Made by a program: the position numbers and the translations under genes
NCBI GenBank assembly: GCA_030431525.1
Contig: JAUIJC010000022.1
Span: 14,637 to 78,636, forward strand
Direction of reading: 5' to 3'
DNA length: 64,000 bases
Origin: Bacteroidia bacterium
GTDB taxonomy: Bacteria > Bacteroidota > Bacteroidia > Cytophagales > JAAEPT01
The notes under the pieces: model-generated
Seen by the model: the letters and a program-made list of their open reading frames with translations, nothing else
Databases searched by the model: none
What the model was told of the DNA's origin: nothing
Part shown: piece after piece, positions 16,070-24,693 of the stretch
Position numbering within the stretch: the stretch's first letter is position 1
How the letters are laid out: each line of letters begins with the position of its first letter

Positions 16070-17086
16070 ATGAAACGACTTTTAACCGTTTTCCTATCCC
16101 TTTTTGCGATGGGAAGCATGGCGCAAGACCTGCACTTCTCGCAGTATTATGCTGTGCCCATGACCTTAAACCCTGCCCTTACGGGTGCTTTTAACGAAGA
16201 TTTCCGCGTGAGCGGCATCCACCGCAGGCAGTGGCAAAACATTAACGCTGGCTTCTTGACTACAGCCATCGGCTTCGATATGAACTTCGACGCTTTCGGT
16301 CCGGACCGATTCGGCATCGGCGTTTACGCCTACAATGACCAAATGGGCGAAGGGGTGTTCAAAAACAACTCGTTCAGCTTGGCTGGCGCTTACCACCGCG
16401 TGTTGGGCAAGCAGCAGCGTAGCCACCTTTCATTCGGCATTCAAGGTGGTTATGCCTCCACCAACTTGGACGGTGAGGGCCTCATCTTTGAAGACCAATA
16501 CAAGGATTTCAAACTCAGTGGCTCTACCCTTGAAGATTTGAACCGCTTCAACACCGGCAACATCAACTTGCATGCGGGCTTGAACTTCTCGCACCAGCTT
16601 AGCGCCAAAGCCAACTTCAACCTTGGCGCCTCCATCTTCCACATCAGCAGCCCAAAAAGCAGCCTTTTGGAAGGTGAGGAAAACAAATTGGGACGTAGGA
16701 TGGCGGCACACGCCACCTTCAACTACAAGCTCACCGAGCGACTTGTCATCTCTCCTAAGTTCTTCTTCATGACACAGTCTGCTGACCGCATCATCATGCC
16801 GGGCCTCATGGCAGACTATCTATTGATTCCATCCCAAAAACTCTACCTCTTGGGTGGTGTTTGGGACCGATTGGGCGATGCCCTTATCGTTATGGGTGGA
16901 CTTCGTTTCAAAAACATCGAGGCGCGCGTCAGCTATGACGCCACCATGTCTGGCCTGAAGGACTTACCGGGAGTGGATAATTTTGATAATGCTACACCAG
17001 TAAACGCTTGGGAAATCGGCATCACTTGGGTGGGTCGATTCCGAAACGGAAAAGGAAATTACACCGTGCCTTGCGGCATCTTTTAA
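16070..17086 (+). CDS. PorP/SprF-family type IX secretion system membrane protein
   Basis: ATG at 16070. A signal peptide is followed by QDLHFSQYYAVPMTLNPALTG, the conserved N-terminal signature of the family. It lies directly after a type-B CTD cargo gene. Confidence 0.9.
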   Translation: MKRLLTVFLSLFAMGSMAQDLHFSQYYAVPMTLNPALTGAFNEDFRVSGIHRRQWQNINAGFLTTAIGFDMNFDAFGPDRFGIGVYAYNDQMGEGVFKNNSFSLAGAYHRVLGKQQRSHLSFGIQGGYASTNLDGEGLIFEDQYKDFKLSGSTLEDLNRFNTGNINLHAGLNFSHQLSAKANFNLGASIFHISSPKSSLLEGEENKLGRRMAAHATFNYKLTERLVISPKFFFMTQSADRIIMPGLMADYLLIPSQKLYLLGGVWDRLGDALIVMGGLRFKNIEARVSYDATMSGLKDLPGVDNFDNATPVNAWEIGITWVGRFRNGKGNYTVPCGIF

Positions 17087-17113
17087 ACAGTCATCAGCTT
17101 TCAGTTAAGCGAC

Positions 17114-19351
17114 ATGAAAAATCAACTGCTACTTTTCGCACTTACCGCATTGCTTAGTTTTGGGGCCGCAGCACAACGCAGCGGAAAAAAATACGGCATC
17201 GAAGACAAGCTCGTTTGGAAAGAGGTGAAAACGGGGAACTACCTCATGGCCAAACAAAGCTTCTACAACGCTATCGACCACTACTTGGTCGCTGCCGAGA
17301 AGCTTCCTGACAATGCTTATATCAATCACAATTTGGCAACCTGTTACTTCATCGCACGCGATTATGCGAATGCCGAGAAGTTCTATGCGTTGTCCACAGC
17401 CAAGGACAATACGAAGAAGCCTGAGTATCCAATGGACTGGTTCCGATTCGGGGAAACCTTGAAAATGAACGGCAAGTACAAGGAAGCGCAACAGGCTTTT
17501 ACTGACTTTGGAAAAGTTCGCACCCGCGACAAGGAGGTGAAAGAATATAAGCGCTTCGTCAAGCACGAAATCTCCTCCTGTACCTACGCCATGAACGAGG
17601 TAGAAAGCGACTCTGATTATGTTGACTTGGCCCTTTTGCCAGACCCAATCAACATGGCCTACACGGACTTCTCTCCACTGCCTTTTGGCAAGGACACTTT
17701 GATTTTCGCTTCTACGCGTCAGGATTCCGTGATCCGATTCAACAAGGGTGAACAATCATTGCATCCTGTCCGCCTCTACCAAACCGTGAAGGAAGGTGAA
17801 ATTTGGGGTGACCCAACGGCTATCGAAGAACTCAACCACGACTTTGCCCACACGGCAAACGGCGCTGTTTCTTCCAACGGTCAAACCATGTATTTCAGCC
17901 GATGCACACAGAACCGCCAAAACGTGCGTGAGTGCTTGATTTACTACGCTAAGAAGGAGGAAGGAAATTGGAGCAAGCCCAAGAAAGTGGGTGGCGGCGT
18001 GAACATGGCAAGCTACAGCAGCTCCCAGCCAAGCGTTGGCACCTATGTAAAAAAGCGTCGTAAATCTCGCATTGTTTACGATGTGTTGTACTTCTCCTCC
18101 AACAAGCCTAAGGGCAAAGGAGGCATGGACATTTGGTACGCTCTGATTGACCAAGAAGGTAACGTCAGCAAAGTGAAGAACTGCGGTACGCGAGTGAATA
18201 CTGCTCGTAATGAGATTACACCTTACTTCAGCGACATTCATGGCAAGCTATTCTTTAGCTCGAACTACCATAATGGGCTTGGCGGTATGGACGTCTTCTC
18301 TTCAGAGGGCTACATGGGCAGATGGGCAAGCGCTGAACACTTGGGCATGCCGGTGAACTCCTCTTACGACGATACCTATTTCGTACCTGTGGAGGATACT
18401 GCTTCCGAACAAATGTTCGGCTACCTCGTTTCTAACCGTCCAGGCGGCAAGGCCCTGCATAGTGCCACCTGCTGCGATGACATCTACAGCTTTGCTTACT
18501 ACACGCCACCAACCTTCACCATCGAGGGACTTATTACTGGTCAAAGCATCAACATCGAAAAACTGGCTGACGGATCAACGGTGCAAACTGTTGGCAACAC
18601 ACAGAATTTGGAGCAAGCCCGCATCGGTTTTGTGCGCATCAAGGATTTGGAGAAAATGCCTTTGGAAGAGCGCAACCATCCTGCCTCCTTCCCTGAGCTG
18701 ATTCAATGGTTTGACACTACAATGGCCAATGGGCAATATTCCGCTCAGCTACCGGTCAGACACCAGCAATACGCCTTGGTTGTACAACGTGAGGGTTATT
18801 CTCCAAAGGTGCTTCCTATCAATGAAAAAGCGGTAGAAGGACAAACTCTGGCTATCAACGCCAACTTGGAACGTCAAGATACCACTGCCCAAAAGCATGT
18901 GGAAGAAACCTTGGCGGCGGCTCAAAATCAGAAGGCCTTGACGCATGATGTGGACTTGGAGACCTTGAAAAAAGACTCTACAGGAAAGATTACCCTCACC
19001 ATCAAAGACCTCTATTTCGAGTTTGATAAAGATGTAGTGAAAAAGTCCTCCACGCCGGCATTGGATATGCTCGAGGCCTTTTTGACGAAATATCCGAATG
19101 TAAAAGTGGAAATCGCTGGTCACACTGACAGCCGTGGTTCGAATGAGTATAACCAATACCTCTCTGAGCGACGCGCTAACCGCGTAATGCAGCACATGGT
19201 TGACCGTGGCATTCCTGCCGAAAGGATGACCGCAAAAGGCTATGGTGAGGTTCAACCAATTGCACCGAATGATTTGCCTGACGGAGAGGACAACCCTGAA
19301 GGAAGGAAGCTGAACCGACGGACTGAAATCCACGTTTTCGCTTCGAAATAA
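17114..19351 (+). CDS. PorE-like multidomain protein (TPR + TolB-like beta-propeller + carboxypeptidase-regulatory-like + OmpA_C)
   Basis: Signal peptide and TPR-like helices. Repeated propeller blades (MYFSR, LYFSSNKPKGKGGMDIWY, LFFSSNYHNGLGGMDVF). OmpA_C motif VEIAGHTDSRGSNEYNQYLSERRA..NRRTEI. Confidence 0.85.
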   Translation: MKNQLLLFALTALLSFGAAAQRSGKKYGIEDKLVWKEVKTGNYLMAKQSFYNAIDHYLVAAEKLPDNAYINHNLATCYFIARDYANAEKFYALSTAKDNTKKPEYPMDWFRFGETLKMNGKYKEAQQAFTDFGKVRTRDKEVKEYKRFVKHEISSCTYAMNEVESDSDYVDLALLPDPINMAYTDFSPLPFGKDTLIFASTRQDSVIRFNKGEQSLHPVRLYQTVKEGEIWGDPTAIEELNHDFAHTANGAVSSNGQTMYFSRCTQNRQNVRECLIYYAKKEEGNWSKPKKVGGGVNMASYSSSQPSVGTYVKKRRKSRIVYDVLYFSSNKPKGKGGMDIWYALIDQEGNVSKVKNCGTRVNTARNEITPYFSDIHGKLFFSSNYHNGLGGMDVFSSEGYMGRWASAEHLGMPVNSSYDDTYFVPVEDTASEQMFGYLVSNRPGGKALHSATCCDDIYSFAYYTPPTFTIEGLITGQSINIEKLADGSTVQTVGNTQNLEQARIGFVRIKDLEKMPLEERNHPASFPELIQWFDTTMANGQYSAQLPVRHQQYALVVQREGYSPKVLPINEKAVEGQTLAINANLERQDTTAQKHVEETLAAAQNQKALTHDVDLETLKKDSTGKITLTIKDLYFEFDKDVVKKSSTPALDMLEAFLTKYPNVKVEIAGHTDSRGSNEYNQYLSERRANRVMQHMVDRGIPAERMTAKGYGEVQPIAPNDLPDGEDNPEGRKLNRRTEIHVFASK

Positions 19352-19365
19352 AATCAGGTAAACTA

Positions 19366-19417
19366 TCACCTGCCAACAGCTGAAGGCTTTGGCAGTGTGA
19401 TTTTCCTAATAAAATCA
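19366..19417. repeat. Repeat family B, copy B2
   Basis: TCACCTGCCAACAGC..CTTTGGCAGTGTGA hairpin (11 bp with one bulge) plus the tail CTAATAAAATCA. It starts 15 nt after the stop codon. Confidence 0.75.
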
Positions 19418-19425
19418 CTTGATGA

Positions 19426-19465
19426 AAAATCCCCTTTGAGGATAGCCTCAAAGGGGATTTTTTTA
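19426..19465. terminator. Bidirectional rho-independent terminator
   Basis: Stem ATCCCCTTTGAGG / CCTCAAAGGGGAT with a 4-nt loop, flanked by A-run and T-run. It lies between convergent genes. Confidence 0.8.
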
Positions 19466-19476
19466 TGCTGTCATTT

Positions 19477-19502
19477 TAGACAAGGCGATGCCTTGTCTCT
19501 AC
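19477..19502. repeat. Repeat family C, copy C1 (AGACAAGGC-GAT-GCCTTGTCTCTAC)
   Basis: 9-bp palindrome with the conserved CTCTAC flank. It belongs to the same family as the copies at 27301, 33665, 33830, 35881 and 39056. Confidence 0.75.
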
Positions 19503-19510
19503 GTACACCA

Positions 19511-20515
19511 TCAATAGAAGAAATAGCCCCAAATATTTATCAGCACGAAAACCATTGGGAATAGCCAACGCGCCATTTTGTTCACTTTAAGCACCCATGA
19601 TTTCTGCTTATCCCTCCCTCCTGTCAATGGCGCAATCACCGCCAGAATCAAGGTAAAAAACACCAGCAAGGTGGAGAAGAAAATACTGACGTCCAGCTTA
19701 TTCAAATAGGAAATGGGAGGCAGTAGCCCATCCACCATAAACCGGTAGGCAATCAGAGTAAGCATGGTCGTCACGGAAATGCTGACCCTAGTACCAATAT
19801 CCTTGACAGGAATATAGAACACCATCCACGACATGGCCACAATCAACACCATGGGCAGAATAATCTTGAGTACGAAAAAGCCCACCTTCCGCTTGACCTT
19901 TATTTTGAACAGACTGGATGCTACCTGAGCACTTCCTGCCTTGTAAGGCATATATCCACCGTGAATAATTTCAGAGCCTACAATTTCCCAGTTTGGGATG
20001 GAAGGCTCCGGCGTTATGCCCGAGGGTATCGAAGGCTCACTGATAAACTTTATGTTTTCGGCAGGAAAGCCAGTCATCACTAACCTGATATTTAACTCTT
20101 GGGAGTCAAAAGGGAAACTATGCAGGTATAGAGGCTCTGAAAAAGTGCCCCAAAGTTTTCTCCTGTAAACAACTTCCCCCTCCCCATTCACCTCCAAGGT
20201 TGCTGGGTGTTCACCCCATGATTTCTGCAAATCAGGCATCACGAAATTCGGGTGCCAGATAGTGTTTATGGGCACATGCCGAAGGCCTTCGGAACCTGAG
20301 GCCAAACGAGAATCCTTCCATCGAATCGCCATATAAATGTTGGCCGCAAACGTTTGATCAGCATCATTGATCTCATCCACATCCAAGATTGCCCACAGGA
20401 TTCTAACCTCAAAAGGGTGCTCCTTATCCATCTTCGGGGGAGACGTTTGGGCCTTCCCCCACAGCGGGAGCACCAGTAGGGCGATGGTGATAAAACGGAG
20501 AAAAACAGCAGTCAT
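19511..20515 (-). CDS. Prokaryotic pentameric ligand-gated ion channel (Cys-loop receptor superfamily, GLIC/ELIC-like)
   Basis: ATG at 20515 gives the signal peptide. The extracellular domain has ..FAANIYMAIRWKDSRL.., W.PNFV.. and the FPFDSQ loop motif without flanking cysteines. Four hydrophobic helices follow, with a short M3-M4 loop. Confidence 0.8.
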   Translation of the reverse strand: MTAVFLRFITIALLVLPLWGKAQTSPPKMDKEHPFEVRILWAILDVDEINDADQTFAANIYMAIRWKDSRLASGSEGLRHVPINTIWHPNFVMPDLQKSWGEHPATLEVNGEGEVVYRRKLWGTFSEPLYLHSFPFDSQELNIRLVMTGFPAENIKFISEPSIPSGITPEPSIPNWEIVGSEIIHGGYMPYKAGSAQVASSLFKIKVKRKVGFFVLKIILPMVLIVAMSWMVFYIPVKDIGTRVSISVTTMLTLIAYRFMVDGLLPPISYLNKLDVSIFFSTLLVFFTLILAVIAPLTGGRDKQKSWVLKVNKMARWLFPMVFVLINIWGYFFY

Positions 20516-20638
20516 TTGAACTTCCTTCCTTTCCCTTTTCTTACGCAAAGCTCGTCCACAAAGCCGACGCCCTTATCCCCTCGAACAAAATTTTCCCTCT
20601 ATGGAAACGTTGGACTCCTACATGCAACTTGGAAGCTT

Positions 20639-21001
20639 ATGAAACTCATCGCATTAACCATTACCCTCTGCATGGCCTTGGGAAGTACCGCCATGGCACA
20701 AAAAAACAGGCAGAATCGAAACCTTAAGAAGGACGACCGAAAACGTCTGGAAAAACAGGCCAAGGAAAAGGACCGCGCTCCAAACGATTTTGAGCGGGGG
20801 CAAAAGAAAAAAGACAAGGAGGAGGCCCAAGACGTGAAGAAGCGCGTGAAAGAGGATAAACGCGAAGGAAAGGGGCCAAAAGCCTTTTTGCCGAATACCG
20901 AACGAAATCAGAATCCATTGGTCATCGGTAAAACCTATTTCCTTAATGCGGATACGATCAGAAGATTTGCCCTGCCATTGGTTCCCCAAACCGAAGGCTA
21001 A
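20639..21001 (+). CDS. Secreted Lys/Glu/Arg-rich low-complexity protein (hypothetical)
   Basis: ATG at 20639 gives signal peptide MKLIALTITLCMALGSTAMAQ, followed by charged low-complexity sequence and a strong terminator. The ORF-track TTG start at 20516 overlaps the divergent gene. Confidence 0.55.
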   Translation: MKLIALTITLCMALGSTAMAQKNRQNRNLKKDDRKRLEKQAKEKDRAPNDFERGQKKKDKEEAQDVKKRVKEDKREGKGPKAFLPNTERNQNPLVIGKTYFLNADTIRRFALPLVPQTEG

Positions 21002-21009
21002 AATGGATT

Positions 21010-21057
21010 TCGGGCTCCTTTAGTCGTTTTTGACCAAAGGAGCCCGACATTTTTTTT
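21010..21057 (+). terminator. Rho-independent terminator
   Basis: Stem TCGGGCTCCTTT / AAAGGAGCCCGA followed by a T7 run. Confidence 0.8.
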
Positions 21058-21071
21058 ACTTCAACGCAAGG

Positions 21072-22817
21072 CTATTCCTTGTAAACAGATTTCCCCTCTT
21101 TAATGGATTCCACAATGTTGATTTCATGGATAGTCATTGGGTCCACCTTGAGTGGATTCTTGTCCAAAATCACAAAGTCCGCCAGTTTTCCTTGGGTGAT
21201 GGTGCCCTTGGTATCCTCCTCAAAATATTGGTAAGAAGCCCAATCCGTCAGGGTTTTCAAGCCCTCATAAGGTGAAATCCGTTGGTCTGGGCCCAAGATT
21301 TTTCCACTTCGGGTAACACGGTTCACCGTAGCATCCAAAACCCGCATGGAGTTCGGAAAGGTCACTGGCGCATCATGGTGAGAAGTGATGGTCATGCCTG
21401 CATCAATCGCATCTCGACAAGGGGAAATATAATCCGCTCGTGGATGCCCAAGCACAGATTCCACATGCCAATCACCCCAATAAAAGGTGTGCATGGGAAA
21501 CAACGAAGGCAAGATTTTTAGTCGAGTCAATTCAGGAATCTGATTCTTGCGCAGGGTTTGACCGTGAATCATCACCGTCCGATGGTCTTCATAGCCAAAA
21601 GCCTGTTCAGCGGAATCCACCGCCATGATGTATTGGTCAATAGAAGCATCACCATTGGCATGACAGAGCAACTGCCATTGGTGCTCAAAAGCTTTTTTGG
21701 CATAGCCAATAGCCTTGGCATCATCCATCACAGGATAACCCACATAATCCTTTTTCTGTCCTTCTGGTGGAATGAGATAGGGCTTTGTCAACCAAGCCGT
21801 CTTGCCTTGTGGTGAGCCATCCAAGGTGAGCTTTACTCCTCCAATCCGATAATGGTTTTTGAAATGATGCTCGGGACTGTAATAATCATTCATCATAGTA
21901 TCATTCACTCCCATGATATCTGGATAGGACACCACATCAATAAAAAATAGCCCGCTGTCCGCACCTTTCCTTAAGGCATCCATTTGGTCAGGTGTTGTCC
22001 TGCCATCTTGGGCAGTCAGATAACCTTCCTTGGCGTATTCTTCCTGACCTTTTTGAATGCATTTGTTGGCAAATTCCTCATCGCTTTTGGCCAAAATGGA
22101 GACCAATACCTGAAACACCGCATTCTCCTCCAGCACTCCCGTTGGATTGCCTTGAGCATCCCGCCGTATCACCCCTCCTTCAGGATTTTTGGTGTCTTTG
22201 GTATACCCCAATAGCTCCAAGGCCTTGCTGTTGACTACGCCCAAATGCCCCGACTGATGAAGAATAATCACAGGGAATTCCGTACTGACCTGATCAAGCA
22301 CCTCAGCCTTGGGATGGAGTTTTTCTTTCAGTTGCGAATCATCGTAGCCATTGCCGATAATCCACCCAAACTTGTCGACAACAAACTTGCCCTGCTCACT
22401 CTCTTCCCATGTTTTCAGGGTCTCCACGATGGATTGAAAATCGGATGCAGGACCGTCTGGAGGGGGAAGAATATTGGCGACTTGAGAAGTGAAACCCACA
22501 TTATAAAAATGCCCATGACCGTCCAAAAAGGCTGGCAACATGGTCTTTCCCTCCAAATCAACCTGCATGGCTCTGTCACCAGCCATTTTCATGGCCTCCT
22601 CCTTCTTCCCAACAAAAGCTATTTTTCCATCACTCACCAAAACGGCCTCCACATATTCCGCAGAATCACCCTCCATGGTGATAATATCACCGTTGAAATA
22701 GAGCGTTTTCTGTGTAGTGTCCGCCTCGGCTTGGGCTTGGGTTTCCCTTGGTTGATCATGGCATGCGCCAAGGAGCATCAGCAGAATTAAACCCCAGAGT
22801 AATTGGCCTTTCCTCAT
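21072..22817 (-). CDS. Amidohydrolase-family metal-dependent hydrolase (Amidohydro_3/YtcJ-like)
   Basis: Lipoprotein-like N-terminus (LLGAC). HxH metal motif LPAFLDGHGHF, later ..CHANGD.. and ..TSHHDAP... Length is typical at 581 aa. Confidence 0.8.
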   Translation of the reverse strand: MRKGQLLWGLILLMLLGACHDQPRETQAQAEADTTQKTLYFNGDIITMEGDSAEYVEAVLVSDGKIAFVGKKEEAMKMAGDRAMQVDLEGKTMLPAFLDGHGHFYNVGFTSQVANILPPPDGPASDFQSIVETLKTWEESEQGKFVVDKFGWIIGNGYDDSQLKEKLHPKAEVLDQVSTEFPVIILHQSGHLGVVNSKALELLGYTKDTKNPEGGVIRRDAQGNPTGVLEENAVFQVLVSILAKSDEEFANKCIQKGQEEYAKEGYLTAQDGRTTPDQMDALRKGADSGLFFIDVVSYPDIMGVNDTMMNDYYSPEHHFKNHYRIGGVKLTLDGSPQGKTAWLTKPYLIPPEGQKKDYVGYPVMDDAKAIGYAKKAFEHQWQLLCHANGDASIDQYIMAVDSAEQAFGYEDHRTVMIHGQTLRKNQIPELTRLKILPSLFPMHTFYWGDWHVESVLGHPRADYISPCRDAIDAGMTITSHHDAPVTFPNSMRVLDATVNRVTRSGKILGPDQRISPYEGLKTLTDWASYQYFEEDTKGTITQGKLADFVILDKNPLKVDPMTIHEINIVESIKEGKSVYKE

Positions 22818-22885
22818 GGATAAAGGATTGCATTGGTTCCCATGAGGTTTTATACGGGAGCATTAATGAGAGGGACTATAAAAAA

Positions 22886-23236
22886 TCAGAACCTTGGAAT
22901 ATCTGGATTTTGAATAAAAATAGTTATCGAATCCATTGGACCTACCACATTCGACTTTTCCTTTGGGTTATACACCTCGGACACGTCTATTACCCAATAC
23001 CCTTTATCATTATTCTTTACCACAATTAGGTTTTCATTCACCTTGTAGTCAGAGATATTTTCATCAATCACTAAGAAACCTGAACCATTATAGTTTCTAT
23101 CTGAACTATATATCACGCAAGAACGCTTACCTTCTTTAGCAATAGAATACCCTGAGCCTAAATCAATATCACCATAGTACCAAATCGCACTTGAACATGA
23201 TTTCATAAGGAATAGTAAAAAAACTACCTTTTTCAT
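22886..23236 (-). CDS. Hypothetical small secreted/lipoprotein-like protein in an AT-rich islet
   Basis: ATG at 23236. Hydrophobic N-terminus MKKVVFLLFLMKSC. The surrounding ~500 bp is visibly AT-rich. No family recognised. Confidence 0.5.
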   Translation of the reverse strand: MKKVVFLLFLMKSCSSAIWYYGDIDLGSGYSIAKEGKRSCVIYSSDRNYNGSGFLVIDENISDYKVNENLIVVKNNDKGYWVIDVSEVYNPKEKSNVVGPMDSITIFIQNPDIPRF

Positions 23237-23325
23237 CTCTTTTGCCCCTTATTCATTTAATCTAAACAGCATTTAAATGTACTTGAAACTTTTCAAATTC
23301 AGCCAATACTAACTTACCCAACAAC

Positions 23326-23883
23326 ATGTCCAGCCCCATCCTTCTCGCCCACAACAAACTCCTCCACTACCCCCAATTTTTCAAGGATGTTGACATGCAA
23401 ACCTTGCTGGACGAATTGACACTGAACCAAGAGCAAATCAGAATGTTTGGCAAGGCCATCTTAGTCCCTCGACTGACGGATTATCAAGGGACAAAACCCT
23501 ATACCTACAGCGGGAAAACGCACAGCGCAAAACCGTTCACGCCTTTGGTGGGGGAAATGCTAAAGGCCATCAATGCCTTGACGGATTTCGGATTCAATTC
23601 GGTGCTATTCAATTATTACCGCAACGGCGAGGATTACATGGGCTTCCACAAGGATGATGAAAAGGAGATTGATGCCTCACTAATTGCGTCGGTTTCGTTT
23701 GGGGCCAGCCGACGTTTTGTGGGGAAGCACGATGTCTCCAAAGAGAAAGTGGAAGTGGTGTTGGGCGATGGTGATTTGTTGCTGATGAAGGATTTCCAGA
23801 CGGAATGGAAACACGCTTTGCCCAAAATGATGCGGGTCAATGAGCCCCGACTAAACCTGACGTTTCGGAGAATTATTGGCTGA
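23326..23883 (+). CDS. alkB: AlkB-like Fe(II)/2-oxoglutarate-dependent dioxygenase
   Basis: Motifs NSVLFNYYRNGEDYMGFHKDDE (HxD), WKHALPK (distal His) and RLNLTFRRI (2OG-binding Arg). Confidence 0.85.
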   Translation: MSSPILLAHNKLLHYPQFFKDVDMQTLLDELTLNQEQIRMFGKAILVPRLTDYQGTKPYTYSGKTHSAKPFTPLVGEMLKAINALTDFGFNSVLFNYYRNGEDYMGFHKDDEKEIDASLIASVSFGASRRFVGKHDVSKEKVEVVLGDGDLLLMKDFQTEWKHALPKMMRVNEPRLNLTFRRIIG

Positions 23884-23885
23884 TA

Positions 23886-23934
23886 TCACCTGCCAACAGC
23901 CGTCCGCTTTGGCAGTGTGACACTAATAAAATCA
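23886..23934. repeat. Repeat family B, copy B3
   Basis: Same hairpin and CTAATAAAATCA tail as B2. It starts 3 nt after the alkB stop and its tail overlaps the stop codon of the convergent gene. Confidence 0.75.
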
Positions 23935-24618
23935 AGCGAGCTGATACCGCTTGCCATGCGGACCGTCCACCTCCTGAATCACCTCCATCCGAATCAGATT
24001 GACCAAAATGCGAATGGCGCTCTTTCGGTTCAACTCGGCCTTTTTGCAAAAAGCACTGAGCGAGATAAAGGTCTCCTCCTTTAAAAAATCCATCAACCAC
24101 TGCTCATTTTCTCCAAAGGCAATATTGGCGGGAATTTCCCTGCCCTCAGCCTTGAGCAATTCAAATAGCACAGGACTGGCCTGCTGAACTTGGTCCGCTT
24201 TGCGCACATAAACCCACCAGCGTTTCTCTTCTGACAGTGCGGAATAAGGCTTTTTATCGCCCTCCAGCACCTCGCAAATCAGAATCTCCTTCTGCTCATC
24301 ATACCCAACACTAAAGCGCAACTGGATTTCAGGACGGCAAAAATCTTTGACAATGCTCTCCAATACATGGCGCTCCTCCAAGGCCATGCATCCGCGAATG
24401 CGCCCGTTGTCCTTCACGCCCACAATCAATCGCCCGCCACCCGAATTGGCAAAGGCCACCAAAGACTTGGCAATTTTCCGTCGGCCCGAGATGGTTTCCT
24501 TGAAATCCTGATGTTGGTGCTCGCCCTCACGAATTAGGCGCTTCACCTCGGCGATAGATCGCTCGGGGCCTGCGGTTTTACCGCCAAATGGAAACGGTTC
24601 GGGTTGATTTCGGGGCAT
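23932..24618 (-). CDS. AlbA_2 (Schlafen-type) DNA-binding domain protein with C-terminal winged-helix-like tail
   Basis: EHQHQDFKE..IAKSLVAFANSGGGRLIVGVKDNGRIRG is the AlbA_2 signature. The C-terminus is helix-rich (..AIRILVNLIRMEVIQE..). Confidence 0.7.
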   Translation of the reverse strand: MPRNQPEPFPFGGKTAGPERSIAEVKRLIREGEHQHQDFKETISGRRKIAKSLVAFANSGGGRLIVGVKDNGRIRGCMALEERHVLESIVKDFCRPEIQLRFSVGYDEQKEILICEVLEGDKKPYSALSEEKRWWVYVRKADQVQQASPVLFELLKAEGREIPANIAFGENEQWLMDFLKEETFISLSAFCKKAELNRKSAIRILVNLIRMEVIQEVDGPHGKRYQLA

Positions 24619-24693
24619 CAGAAAAGGTGGCTTGTCCTTAGGAATACGGGATTCCCAGCAAATTAGGCCAATTTGAGCTTATCCGCATAGCCA

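Noticed and set aside
17129-18241. Two long minus-strand ORFs (208 and 161 aa) inside the first PorE-like gene, plus a 206-aa ORF at 18749..19369
   Set aside because: All are antisense shadows of a well-supported CDS, and no motifs are present.
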